Source: Mobula hypostoma | Taxonomy: Eukaryota | Reading direction: 5' to 3' | DNA: 64,000 bases | Assembly (NCBI RefSeq): GCF_963921235.1 | Contig: NC_086103.1 | Coordinates: forward strand, 56,172,001 to 56,236,000 | In this document: positions 24,075 through 36,670 of the stretch, one piece after another | Position numbering within the stretch: the stretch's first letter is position 1 | Layout: each line of letters begins with the position of its first letter | Program-made: the position numbers and the translations under genes | Notes under the pieces: generated by a model | The model's database searches: none | Seen by the model: the letters and a program-made list of their open reading frames with translations, nothing else | Told to the model about the DNA's origin: nothing

Positions 24075-26560
24075 TGTGTACTAAGCCCACTCCTTTACTC
24101 TCTGTATACTCATGACTGTGCTGCCACCCACAGCTCCAATCTGCTAATTAAATTTGCTGATGATACTACACTAATTGCCCAAATCTCAAATAATAATGAG
24201 GCAGCCTACAGAGAGGAAGTCATCACCCTGATACAGTGGTGTCAAGAAAACAACCTCTCCCTCAATGTCACAAAAACAAAGGAGCTGGTTGTGGACTACA
24301 GGAGGAATGGAAACAGGCTAACCCCTATACAGGTTTCCCCCGCCATCCGAAGGTAGAGCGTTCCTATGAAACGGTTCATAAGCCGGAATGTTGTAAAGTG
24401 AAGAAGCAATTACCATTTATTTATATGGGAAAATTTTGTGAGCGTTCACAGACCCAAAAATAACCTACCAAATCATGCCAAATAACACATAAAACCTAAA
24501 ATAACAGTAACATATAGTAAAAGCAGGAATGATATGATAAATACACAGCCTATATAAAGTAGAAAGACTTTTCCACAATCATTGCTGGCACTGTTCTCCG
24601 TAGCGAAAATCTCACGTAAGTGCTCTCAGCAGAAAATCTCACGCAAGCGCTGTTGGCAGAAACACTCTCTCCAGTAACCTTTAAGCTATGAAGCTGCCAA
24701 ATCATACCAAAATCATACACGTAAAAATACACAGCCTATATAAAGTAGAAATAATGCATGTACAGTGTAGTATCACTTATGGGAATCGGGAAGACAGCTT
24801 GCTGAGCACACTGATAGTGGTGTGTTAGACTGAGTTGTCAGAGGTTGGGGTGGTGCAGTGGCCCCCACACTCCGGGCTGCCGACCAATACCAATCCGTAA
24901 AGCATGCAGGGGTATAGCGGTAGCCAAGAGGCACACAGCACATCTTTAAGAAAAAAGCTGAAATAAACATGCTAATTAATTAGATGCCGCCCGGCACGTA
25001 ATTGTCGGCCCAGATCAGAGGCGACGCAATCAGCAATCACCTCTGATCTGAGCTGACATTTACGTGCCGAGCGGCACCTAATTAATTAGCATGTTTATTT
25101 TGGCTTTTTTCTTAAAGATGTGCTGTGTGCCTCCCGGCTACCGCTGCATTCTCCGCGAATCGGTATCTGTCTGCGGCCTGTGGGTTGGGGTGGTGGGACA
25201 CTGGGGTGTCATTTCATCGTCGTCTGTTTCCATGAGGGTAGGCAGGTCATCTTCTATGACTGTCCGCCTCGATGTCGAAGGTCGAGGTTCGTCGTCTGCT
25301 GTGGCTGATGTGGAAGGCTTGCTTGACTGCTGAGCCTCGCGCATTTTTCTATCATACAGTTCTTTGTAAGCACTCAAACCATCCTGCAAATATGCCCTAA
25401 ACCGACGTACCCTTTCAAAATTGAAGTTGTACTTGATCATTGCAGCGAAAATCTCACGTAGTTGCTTCACGTTCAGTTCCTGTACGACTTAACTTTCGCT
25501 ACTGAATTTGGTTTCGATTGTTATCCTTTCCTCTTCCAATTGCATCAGCTCTTCATCTATCAGTTCTTGGTCATGGGATGCCAAAACCTCTTCAACATCA
25601 TCTTCGTCAACTTCCACAAGCCAAACTCATCTTGTCCTTACTTCATTCACCATGATGGAAACGTTTAATTATGTCGAGTTTTACGCTAAGTGTAACACCC
25701 TTACGAGCTATTTTAGGCTTTTCCGATACTTTAGAACTCACCTTGCAAACGGCTGCTCACAGACACGTGTTTAAGCAATGCCGGTGAGAATGCCGTTCTG
25801 AATCCGGGGGAGAGTGGGTGCTCGGGGCACGCGCTGTTTTTTTTTTCACACGCTGCCTTTCTTCGTAACAGTGAAAACACCTGTTAGCGAAAACAGGTAA
25901 CTAATGTAGGTCTTTCGTAACAGTGAGGTTTCATAAAGTGAACGTTCGAAAAGTGGGGGAGACCTGTAGACATAAATGGATCTGGGGTTGACAGAGTGAA
26001 CAGCTTTAAGTTCCTCAGCATAAACATCACCAAGGATCTCACGTGGTCTGTATGTACTGGTGGTGTGAAATTCTAAGAACTTTCTATAGGGCCATGATTG
26101 GGTGCATCCTGACTGGCTGCAACACTGCCTAGTATGGGAACTGTACTTCCCTCAATTGCAGGACTCTGCAGAGAGTGGTGCCGACAGCCCAGCACATCCG
26201 TAAATGTGAACTTCCCATTGTTCAGGACATTTACAAAGACAGGTGTGTAAAAAGAGCCCAAAGAATCATTGGAGTCCCGAGTCACCCCAACCACAAACTG
26301 TTACATCTGCTATCATCTGGGAAACGGTACCGCAGCATAAAAACCAGGACCAATAGGCTCCGGGACAGCTTTCTCCACCAGGCTAGCAGACTGCTTAATT
26401 CATGCTGATACAACTTTATTTCTATGATATATTGACTGTCCTGTTGTACATGATATTTATTATAAAGTACTATAATTGCACATCACACATTTGAACGGAG
26501 ATGTAACAAAGATTTTTACTCCTCCTGTATTTGAAGGATGTAAGTAATAAAGTTAATTCA
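24075..26560 (+). mobile_element. Rex1/Babar LINE 3' part split by a Tigger insertion
   Basis: KFADDT..LNVTKTKELVVDYR reads on across the TA site (ACCCCTATA|GACATAAATGG). C-terminal GKRYRSIKTRTNRLRDSF. Confidence 0.85.
24330..25966 (-). mobile_element. Tc1/mariner-pogo (Tigger-like) DNA transposon, internally deleted
   Basis: TIRs CAGGTTTCCCCCGC../..GTGGGGGAGACCTG and TA TSD (24328-24329, 25967-25968). Transposase C-terminal remnant (..DVEEVLASHDQEL.DEELMQL..; ORF 25138-25470). Confidence 0.85.
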
Positions 26561-27642
26561 ATTCAATTGTGGGAAGCACTTTTGTTTCTCAAACCCAAGC
26601 AGAAAAGTGTACAACTTAGTATGTCTGAGCATTATTAGCTTGGATTCAAGTAACTGATTTGAAGGTGCATACAGTAATTTAGAAACCAGCAGATTTACAA
26701 AACCACTAGAACAGCCTAATTAATCTAGGTTCAAATTATCAAAAAAAAAAATTAGAATCGGAAAACTTGTATTTAATAAAGTGTAGTTTTATTTAATCAT
26801 TTAAAAATATAAGAATTAAAGTAACAATTGTCTTTGAATAGCTAAAATAATTTTAGAAAGTACTGTAAATGAATAGAAAGACAAAGAATTAATCGAGTTT
26901 CTAAAACTAGTTTTATAATAAAAATCACAAACGTGTTTATTGGGATTAGCTTCAAAATGAAAATAAGTAAGGTTTTCAGCATTGGCATTAAATTGTAAAC
27001 AAGTTACAAATTTTGGTTCTATTTTTGATGAAGATTTGAATTTTCTCACCTCTGCAACAGCAGTTTTTGAGAATAAGAATTATTTCATACCTGACTGGAG
27101 CAATTAACAATTCGATCCAACCACCCCTCCACTTCATCTGCCTGGAAATTCATAAAGAGCTCCTTTGCACAGTCTTCAGCGTGTTTACCTTTGATTTGAA
27201 TGAATGTACCTCCATGTTTTTCCTGATTTCTGGAAAAGTGTATTTAGTTTACACCATCTCCTAGCACCAGAACCTGCCACTGTTTATTGAATAAGGATGA
27301 GTGGGCAGTTGAGAATTGTCAGCTATTGTTTCAGCTAAAATACATGTTATAACAATTACATTAAAGAAAAATAAAGTTATTACCTTTTGCCACCACATTT
27401 GACAATTATGATGTATTGGATGCTGAACTAGTTTTGAGATGCTTAATCTATGTTAACTTAATCTCCTATATTAACTATTTTAAATACAGACATTATTATG
27501 TAATTTTTTGCAAAGACAAATTATCTATTTGGACATTGTGTGGGAGAAGGAAATTATGAAAGGTGCTGTCGGCAGGATTACAGTAGTTAATCAAAAATCC
27601 TACAGAACTATGAATTGATCTCTGGTTAGACCTTCCGCAAAA

Positions 27643-27804
27643 TCAATTGAGCAAAAGGTCCTTAACATCACAGATACTTTCAGAGATCTTGCTTCCATTG
27701 TCACTGACATTAATAGCCATAAGGAAAAGTTTTCTTTCATGTTTCATGTCCTGGACTTGAGGCTTTTTCTGAAGATCATAAATACTGAGTGCTCCAGCAA
27801 GGTC
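27643..27804 (-). pseudogene. ARL10: ARL10/ARL9-family small GTPase, last coding exon
   Basis: cAG|GAC, reads DLAGALSIYDLQKKPQVQDMKHERKLFLMAINVSDNGSKISESICDVKDLLLN*. Matches the ARL9/ARL10 C-terminal exon. Lies at the syntenic ARL10 position between NOP16 and KIAA1191. Confidence 0.75.
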
Positions 27805-28305
27805 CTGTGGGTAACATTGATAATAATTGAATAAAAGCTTTTATTTATGAAGAATGGTCAATGAATACAGAAGTGGCAAACTGTTGTATTTTTGTTTAAG
27901 CAAGTGGTTCAGGATAAAATTGACATCAATTTGGTAAGGCACAGCATATACAAGGCAACAAGAAAATAAAGTTTTCATTACAGCATTAGTTCACAAAAGG
28001 GTTTAAGGAAAAATCTATGCTTAGATTGACAACAATGATTACAGAGCAATAGTTTTTTTTTGACTTTCAGGTTTGATGTTATTTGTTGCAATCTGAAATG
28101 GGCTCATGAGCCAGTTTAAATGATTAGGGATGGACAATTCATGCTGACCTTAACATCAATATCCACATTGCACAACTGAAAAAAAATATAACTGATACAT
28201 TCTGAATATTATGAGAGGAAAACAGTTGCAACTTGACAATCTATTTTGCTTTCAAGCACCCAAAGGAGTACCTTTTTTAAACATCATATTAGAGGATTTA
28301 CTAAC

Positions 28306-28482
28306 CTGTTTATTTGTCAATAGCACTAGAAGCAGTGATAGATCTTTTCTGAGCAGTTGCCCCAGCTCCTACCCTGCAAGGGGCAAACATTCCTGATCTG
28401 TGGAATCCACCAGGTAGATTAAAGAGTTGTATTTACAGTAGGTATAGATTCCAGTAAGACTGCAAGATGTAGTTGCCATCAA
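28306..28482 (-). pseudogene. ARL10: ARL10/ARL9-family penultimate exon with frameshift and premature stop
   Basis: tAG|..CAG|GTTAGT, 177 nt. Reads xDGNYILQSYWNLYL, then a +1 shift, then KYNSLIYLVDSTDQECLPLAG*ELGQLLRKDLSLLLVLLTNKQ. TAG at 28371-28369. The NKQ|D G4 motif spans the junction to the next exon. Confidence 0.8.
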
Positions 28483-31400
28483 CTACACGAAAATGATAAC
28501 GCATGTCACACTTCCTGTGATTTTCTGCATTTTCAAGTGATTTGCAGTAATCCAACTAGGAGAATAATATCTACAGAATGCTTTTTTATATGTAGCAAGA
28601 TGTCTCAGAAATATTCTGTGTAAGTATCAAGATAGATGGAAAGGAAGAAATGGACAAAGATCAAACGATTAAAGTTATAAAGAAAAGATTTGACTTTTAT
28701 TTAAAAGTAGGAAGATGGTAAGGTAGAAAAGCAAAACAACTATTTTCAGAGACAGAGCAGAATAATAAAGGCTACATTTTGGAGTAGAGGACAAAAAGTG
28801 GCAAGATTTAAGAGCAAACTATGTTCACAGTAATATGAACCTGGAGAAGTCGGCATCGCCATGAAGGAGTTTGAAAGTAAGACCAAGAATGTTCTTTGCT
28901 ACTGTGGATCCAAACTGGAAGTATGGAATGGGGCTAAATGACGAGAATGACAGACTGAACCTATAAAGTGCCACATCCTCAAATAACTGTAACACAGAAT
29001 GAAGCAGTAGTCATTAGAAAAAGTTTTCTTAATTGAATGAAGGCATGGATTAAGATAATATTGATCTGGAGAAGGGAACGGTAAACACGGTGGGGAAAAA
29101 TTAATTAAAGTCAGAAAATAAAATTCTGATTCTGATAAGATAGTTCGTAAATAAGAATTTTAGCTTCCAGGATCTGAGCGCCAATCATGGTTAAAGTTAT
29201 TTTGTTATTAACAATCTGAAGAAATTTGGCATACTTTAATATTCATTCCTTAAGAAATCCCCAATGAACAGGTTGCAGTTGTACTAAAAAAGTGAGCATT
29301 ACTGTTATATTAAACCGTTTTAACGGGACACCACTCCATCTCTGACCTTCCCTTCTTTTCCATAGACACTGCATTGTGGTCTTAAAAATTTATGCTCATT
29401 TTCTCCCAGAATTTTGTGCTTCAATTTCCCCAGTCAGGCTTCTTACCCTGTCATAGTTCCAAAATGGCTCTTCTTAAAGTCATTAATGGAATTAGATGAT
29501 TTATCCTTCTTTGTGCTTCTCAACATGTTCCTTAAGACCTTTACTAGTGGCTGTTGTCCAGCTTGGATCTATTCTTATCTAGACAGTCGCAGACAGAAAG
29601 CTATCTGCAATGGCTTGTCTTTCCACAATTTCCTCTGGTGTTTCCTTCACCAATCAAGACCTTCCAAACCAACCCAAATTCAAGTACTTAAGCAACACAC
29701 ACAAAATGCTGGAGGATCTCAGCAGGCCAGGCAACTTTTATAGAAAAAAGTACTATCGACACTTCAGGCCGGGACCCTGCGGCGGGACTCAGCCCGAAAC
29801 GTCAACTGTACTTTTTTCCACAGGTGCTGCCTGGCCTGCTTAGCTCCTCCAGCATTTTGTGTGTTTTGCTTGGAGTTCCAGCATTTGCAGATTTTCTCTT
29901 GTTTGTGATTCAATTACTTAAAACTGAATGGTAAGGTTATGTTAATTGAAACAAAACAACTATCTTTCCCCTTTCTCAACTATTCTTACATCCTTAGAAA
30001 TATGAAAATTGACTTGTAAAGTTCCTTTGATCTTTACAGCAACAATTTATCCTAAAAGTTAAGATGACCTTCAATTCTTAATTTGCTGCCAATTATAAAC
30101 CAGAGACACGAGAATTTGTAAATCTGGAGAAATGCACACAAAATGCTGGAGATGAAAGGTCTTGGACCAAAACATAGTTCATTTCCCTCCATAGTTCAGT
30201 CAGCTTTTTGTGTGTGTTGCTGCCAATGATAAGTTGTTACACCAACATCACCCATATTGTCATGTGAATGATGAAAGAAAAAATCTTGAAGGCAAACCTC
30301 TAAAGCTACATCTGTGCCACCAGAAAGACTGAAAGCCACTATCATCAGATACCTGTGCCTTTATAGTTTGTAAATCTGCTGATTATCTAGCAATCTTGGC
30401 CTCTCTCTTTATGATAGATTTAACAGGGACTTGTTAATCAATCATGCTAGTTAACCCAATGTTCAAAGTAAAACTTAATTTCAGAGTACTTGCATGTCAT
30501 CACATGCAACCCTGCGATTCTTTTTCCTTGGACATTCTTCACAAATCTATAGAACAGTAATTGTAAACAGGATAATGAACAACAAACTGTGCAAATGCAA
30601 ATATAAATAATAGCAATAAATAATGAGAGCATGAAATAACAAGATAAGGAGTCCTTACAGTGAGACCATTGGTCATGGGAACACCAGAAATAGAATGAGT
30701 GTAGTTATCCCCACTAGGCAATAGTCATTGAGTCAGGTTACCATGCTCTTCTTGGGCACCAGTATGACTGAAGCCTGCTTGAAGCAGGTGGTTACCACAC
30801 AGTGGCAGAGCAAGAGGTTGAAGATTTCTGTTGGCTCTGGGTCTCCCTATTTGTTTACCAGCAGGTTTATTACAGTGCCAATCTTTTATCACCACAGCAC
30901 ATTCCATCATCCTGCTGAACTGTCTTGATGCCAGCCCAAGGGTTTTATATGCGATGTACTCCATCAGGGTCTCTTGGAGCTGTCCTAACATCTGTTCAGA
31001 GGCTCCTCAATATTGTCCAAATGTTGGCTCTGAAGTGTCAGTTACTGCAAAATGCCATTGAGTGAAGCATTGAATAACCGGCCTTCTACTGCTGAAAATT
31101 TGGAAGGAGCGAAAAGGAGGTCACTTATTTCTTGAAAGTTCTGTCTAGCTTGACTTGATTAACTTGATTTCAGAGAATAAATACTCCCCTAACTGAATCA
31201 GAATCAGGTTTAATATCACTGACAATTGTCATGAAATTTGTTGTTTTGCAATAATTTTGCAACAAATTAAGTAAGTAGTGCATAAAGAGAACAAAAAAAA
31301 AGATGTAATGTTCATGGGTTCATTGTCCAAAAAGAGAACAAAAAAAATGACGTAATGTTCATGGGTTCATTGTTCATTCAGAAATCTGATGGTAAAGGGG

Positions 31401-31802
31401 AAGAATCTGTTCCTGAAACGTTGAATGAGTGTCTTTAGGCTCCTGTATCTCCTCTGTGATGGTGGCAATGAGAAGAGGGCATGTGCTGGGTGATGGGGGT
31501 CCTTAATGATGGATGCAGCCTTCTTGAGACATCACCTTTTGAAGGTGTACTCAATGCTGGCATGCTGGTGCCCATGATGGAGCTGGCAGAGTTTACATCT
31601 TCTTGCAGCTTTTTCCGATCCTGTGCAATAGCCCCTCCATACTAGGTGGTGGTGCAGCCAGTAGAATGCTCTCTACGGTATATCTGTAGAAATTTGTGAA
31701 AGTCTTTGGTGACATCTCAAGTTTCCTCAAACTCCTATGAAATATAGTTATTTATGTGCCTTCTTTGTAATCCATCAATACGTCGGATCAATTTGTGCCT
31801 CA

Positions 31803-32092
31803 ATATGCGGGGGAGTAGATTTAGGATGGAGATGAGGAGGAACTGCTTTTCCCAGAGAGTGGTGAATCTGTGGAATTCTCTGCCCAATGAAGCAGTGGAG
31901 GCTACATCAGTAAATATATTTAAGACAAGGTTGGAAGGATTTTTGTAACGTAGGGGAAATTAAGGGTCATGGAGAAAAGGCAGGTAGGTGGAGGTGAGTC
32001 CATGGCCAGATCAGTGAAGATCTTATTGAATGGCAGAGCAAGCTCATGGGCCAGATAGTCTAGTCCTGTTCCTATTTCTTATGTTCTTACGT
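31803..32092 (+). mobile_element. CR1 3' end fragment
   Basis: FSQRVVNLWNSLP motif and TCTTATGTTCTTA tail. Confidence 0.75.
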
Positions 32093-33239
32093 TTCTTGTT
32101 CAGAAAAGTCATTTAAAAAACAAATATACAGTAGAGTTTAGTTCTGAAAGCTTACAATTGAAAGAGGGAAATTATGTTGTTACAAGAATTACTCTTGTAA
32201 TAGTGATCAGTGAGGCACGGAGGGAGAATCTGTACTTACATACAAGTACCTTTATTGTCTAAATGAACAAGTATGTGCATTCATACACTAAATACCTTGT
32301 GTGCACACACACTAAATTTCCCTGACTCTCCTGAATAGTCAAAGAATAACAAAGGTATTACCCAGACAACGGAGTCTATACTGGCCAATCATTCCTTATA
32401 GTCCCGATTCACCCGCCATGTGTTCTACACAGGGTCACTCACACTTGTATTTGCGATAGTTATTCTTTGAAGTTACTGCTGCCAGCACACAAGAAGCATC
32501 CACTCTTATATCTATTCCTTATCAATTCAAATATTGCATTCCCAGACATCCCACCCTGCAAAACCTCATTTCAGGGAGGTAGCACCATCAATTTGCGGGA
32601 GACTGACGGAACTTCCGGGAGAGGTGGGATATCTGCATTCCAGAGTCATTGGCCACAGATCATGTGTCTAACTATTGGAGGCATCCATTAGTCTTGCGAG
32701 ACCATGGATCTGCACCTGGAAAGTCTTCACTCTTTGGTTGTATGGAAGACCAGCAGTTGCCCATGCTGCAAGCCTCCCCTCTCCACGACACCAATGTTGT
32801 CCAAGAGAAGGGCATTAGGACCCATACAGCTTGGCACCAGTGTCGTCGCAGAGCAATGTGTGATTAAGTGCCTTGTTCAAGGACACAACACGTTCCCTCG
32901 ACTGGGGCTCGAACTCACGACCTTCAGGTAGCTAGTCCAATGCCTTAACCACTTGGCCACATGCCCACATTAACCATTAACACCTTGTTATTGGTTCTTC
33001 TCCAAGCCAGCTTCCATCTTCTCAGCAAGTGACAGTTGATAATTTATGCCTCTTTGTTCTCAATCAGCAATCAGCTTGATTCATGCAAAACAGATACTGA
33101 CTCCAACAGTCAAAAACCAACATCTCACAAATTACTTCTTATTTGGAAGTGTTCTCTAGTTCAGCAGATTACTTGGAGCATCATTGTGTCTTCTTTAAAA
33201 CACCAATCAAGCCAAGCAATTCAAGCTTACAAAATGGAG

Positions 33240-34350
33240 AACAGACAATGTATCTCTGAAGCAGTTCAATGATGACCTGGATTACATCTTGGAAGCTACA
33301 TTGGCAGGATCTGTCTACAGGAAAATGGGCTCCCTCACAGCCATTGTGTTCAACTTTGCTAAAGAGCGATTCGGCCCAATGGAGATCTTAAACCATCACA
33401 GGAACCGAACAGGAGGGAAGGGGAGATCTGCCACCTGAAAAGCGAGATAAAGACCCTGAACAAACAATTCAAAAACAGTTCACCTGACGAAAAAGTGTCA
33501 AAGATCTCCTAAGCCTCCTCGCATCCTACTTCCTATGGTACTGTGAGCTCCTCCAGGATGATTTTCTTGTCTTCGGTGGACTCCAGAACTTTGTCTGGCC
33601 GAAGTGTGGTTCGTATCACTTCCGTGAACTGTAGCTTCCTCTCCACATTCCCCACATTGACCCTCATCTCCCATGACTTGGCAGTTTGCAGATTTTTTTA
33701 GGCTCTTTGATATGGCTGTTTCCTTGATGAAAATGACTGCCCTGTTTGTCTTTCTGCCAGCTGGTCTCTTTTTACACCTCTCCTGCTCTAGTGTGTCAGC
33801 AAAGGATGCTGGCTTGGAGCAGAGCCAATAACAAGGTGTTAATGGTTAGACACATGATCTGTGGCCAATTACATAATGAGGTTTTCAATTTAATTACTCC
33901 TTTTACTCTGTACAGATACTGACTCCAACAGTCAAAAACCTGCATGTTATAGCCAACCAAAGAACATCTCACAAATTACTTCTTATTTGGAATAAGTGAT
34001 CCCTGAAGTACCAGTCCTTAGTCCAGGAGTGCAGGGACAAAGACTTGGCTATTCCCCGTGGAGGTAAGCTGTAGAGGATTCCCAGAAAGGTTGGCATGGA
34101 GGTTGCTGTCTGTGCTGGGCCTTGATGAAAAGAGCAAGAACCAAGCAGCTCGCTGGTTGGGGAAGGAAGCAGAAAGAGCCTCCTGCTGGATGTGGAGCAG
34201 GTGAGAGGAGATGAGCTGGAAGTCAGGAGCAGATGGGCAGTGACCTGGCCACCACTGCTGACCTGCCAACTGGAGAGTGTAGTGGTTAAGGGTTGAGACA
34301 CTTCGTGAAGGTTGGGCACCACCTGAGAACATCTGCTCCTGGCCAAAGGC
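33240..34350. mobile_element. Rearranged fragments of an R2-superfamily (Hero-like) non-LTR element
   Basis: Restriction-like endonuclease motifs: RPD.VL.S.EDKKIIL.ELTVP (minus strand, about 33535-33605) and KYQSLVQECRDK..FPVEV.CRGF, KASCWMWSR (plus strand, about 34005-34205). Confidence 0.6.
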
Positions 34351-35057
34351 TACAGTTACCTCATTAGGTAACTGTAGAGAGCGTCCCGGTGTATGATGCA
34401 ACAGACAAAAAATTGAAAGTGATACTTGGAAGACTTCAATGAAGGAAATAAAATATTGATTTAAACATAGACATCTGTAAATGACGCCAGATGGCAAACA
34501 AAATATCATTTAAAAAATCTGATTCTCCCTGAGGAAATTTAAATAAAACATCTAAGCACTTATATTTAATTCTGGAAGAATTAAATTGCAAAGTGGATAA
34601 ATTAATCTACACAAAACCTTCAGTAAAACAGAAAATGCCAGAAACACCCATCATATGACAGCATCTGTGAAAATAGACACAGAATTAATGTTTCAGGTGG
34701 GAGTCTCTAACACAACTGGGAAAATGAGAAAGCAAGGTGAAGTCATCTGGTTGATAGATTAATGAAAGTAATTGATAACAGAAAATACTAACAAAGGAGT
34801 TAAAATAGAAAACACAAAACTATAGGTAAATGCCCAGCAAGTCAGGACAGACTAATGAAAGAGGGAGAAACTGAGCCAGCGTTGTAGATTGATGATTATG
34901 GCTAAATGGCCAGTTTTGATGAAAACAGATGAACAATGTTAACTGGACCATAAATATTAAAATGACTTGGTTCTATCATACAACCTGTTTTTATGTCATA
35001 TAGCATTTTAGCTTTAACAGTTTTTAAATTTAATTACTCCTTTCACTCTGTACAGTT

Positions 35058-35770
35058 ATACAGCATGGTAACAGGCTCTTCAGCCCAGCTGATCCATGCC
35101 AACCAAGATTCCCACCTAAGCTAGTCCCAATTGTCCATGTTTGGCCCATGTCACTCCAAGCCTTTCCTACTGCCTTTTAAATGTTGTTAATGTACCAGCC
35201 TCAACCGCAGCTCATTCCATATACTGACCACCATCTGGGTGAAAATGTTGTGTCTCCCGTTCCTATTAAATCGCTCACCATTTATCTTAAAACTATGTCC
35301 TCTAGTTCTTGATTCTCCAGTCTTGGAGTAAAAGACTGTGTGCATTGACCCTATGCCCCTCATGCTTTTATACACCTCTGCAAGATGACCCTTCATTCTC
35401 CTACGCTCCAGAGAGAAGAGCTCAAGCTTACTCAACCTCTTTCCATGAATTAGAATCAGAATCAGAATCAGAATCAGGTTTATTATCACCAGCATGTGGA
35501 ATGAAATTTGTTAATTTAGCAAGCTGTAAATCCTGGCAACATTGTTGTTAATCTCCTCTGAATTCTTTCCAACTTAATGACATCTTTCCCATAGGATAAC
35601 CAAAACTGAACAGAATATTCCAGACGCAGCCTCACCAACATCTCGTATAAATACAACATAACATCCCAACTTGTATAATCAATGCCCTGACTGATGAAGG
35701 CCAGCATGCCAGATGTCTTCTTCACCACTCTGTCTACCTGCGACACTACTTTTAGGGAACTATATACATG
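35058..35770 (-). mobile_element. CR1 3' fragment
   Basis: LVRLRLEYSVQFW and LFSLERRRMKG motifs. Confidence 0.8.
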
Positions 35771-36189
35771 CCTGCCTCATTAATCCAAACTAATCCCATC
35801 CCATTTATAAACAGGCAAGGAATAATGCAGAGATTAAGAGACGTTTAGATCATTCTGCATGTACATTGTGAGAATCTGCTTAAGAATTTTCTGGTTGTGA
35901 ACAGATCAACTACTGTAACATCCTCAGATTAATGGGAGGATGAAAGGTATCTGAAATTGTTACATTGACAAACAATTTAGCGCACTGTTTAGTTTTTATG
36001 TGAATTCCCAGCTGTACTATCTAAATGCAACTCACTGTCAGTGACCAGAAAACACTATCTAACAACAATGCAAAGATAACAAAGGGACAATGATGCTGGA
36101 AATCTGAAGTCCGTGTAAAAATAGGAATATACAATAGCATTAGTTGTAAGTTAAGTTACAAGATAAATTCACCAGCATATATTGAGAGT

Positions 36190-36670
36190 ACAGGGGAGGT
36201 TTACTAAAATGTTGCCTGGGTTTCATCTCCTAAATTACAGAGAAAGGTTGAACAAGTTAGGTCTTTATTCTTTGGAGCGTAGAAGGTTGAAGGGGGACTT
36301 GATAGAGGTGTTTAAAATTATGAGGGGGATTGATAAGAGTTGACATGGATAGGCTTTTTCCATTGAGAGTGGGGAAGATTCAAACAAGAGGACACGTTGA
36401 GAGTTAAAGGACAAAAGTTTAGGGGTATCATGAGGGGGAACTTCTTTACTCAGAGAGTGGTAGCTGTGTGGAATGAGCTACCAGCAGAAGTGGTTGAGGT
36501 AGGTTCGATGTCATCGTTTAAAGTTAAATTGGATAGGTATATGGACAGGAAAGGAATGGAGGGTTATGGGCTGAGTGCAGGTTGGTGGGGCTAAGTGAGA
36601 GTAAGAGTTCGGCAGGACTAGAAGGGCCGAGATGGCCTATTTCCGTGCTGTAATTGTTATATGGTTATAT
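36190..36670 (+). mobile_element. CR1 3' fragment
   Basis: LYSLERRRLKGDLIEVFK and FFTQRVVAVWNELP motifs; TTATATGG tail. Confidence 0.8.

Noticed and set aside
29165-29283. Possible ARL10 exon 2 (FLQIVNNK..QILE)
   Set aside because: No P-loop, wrong spacing and no GT donor. Kept only as an unassigned exon-like block.
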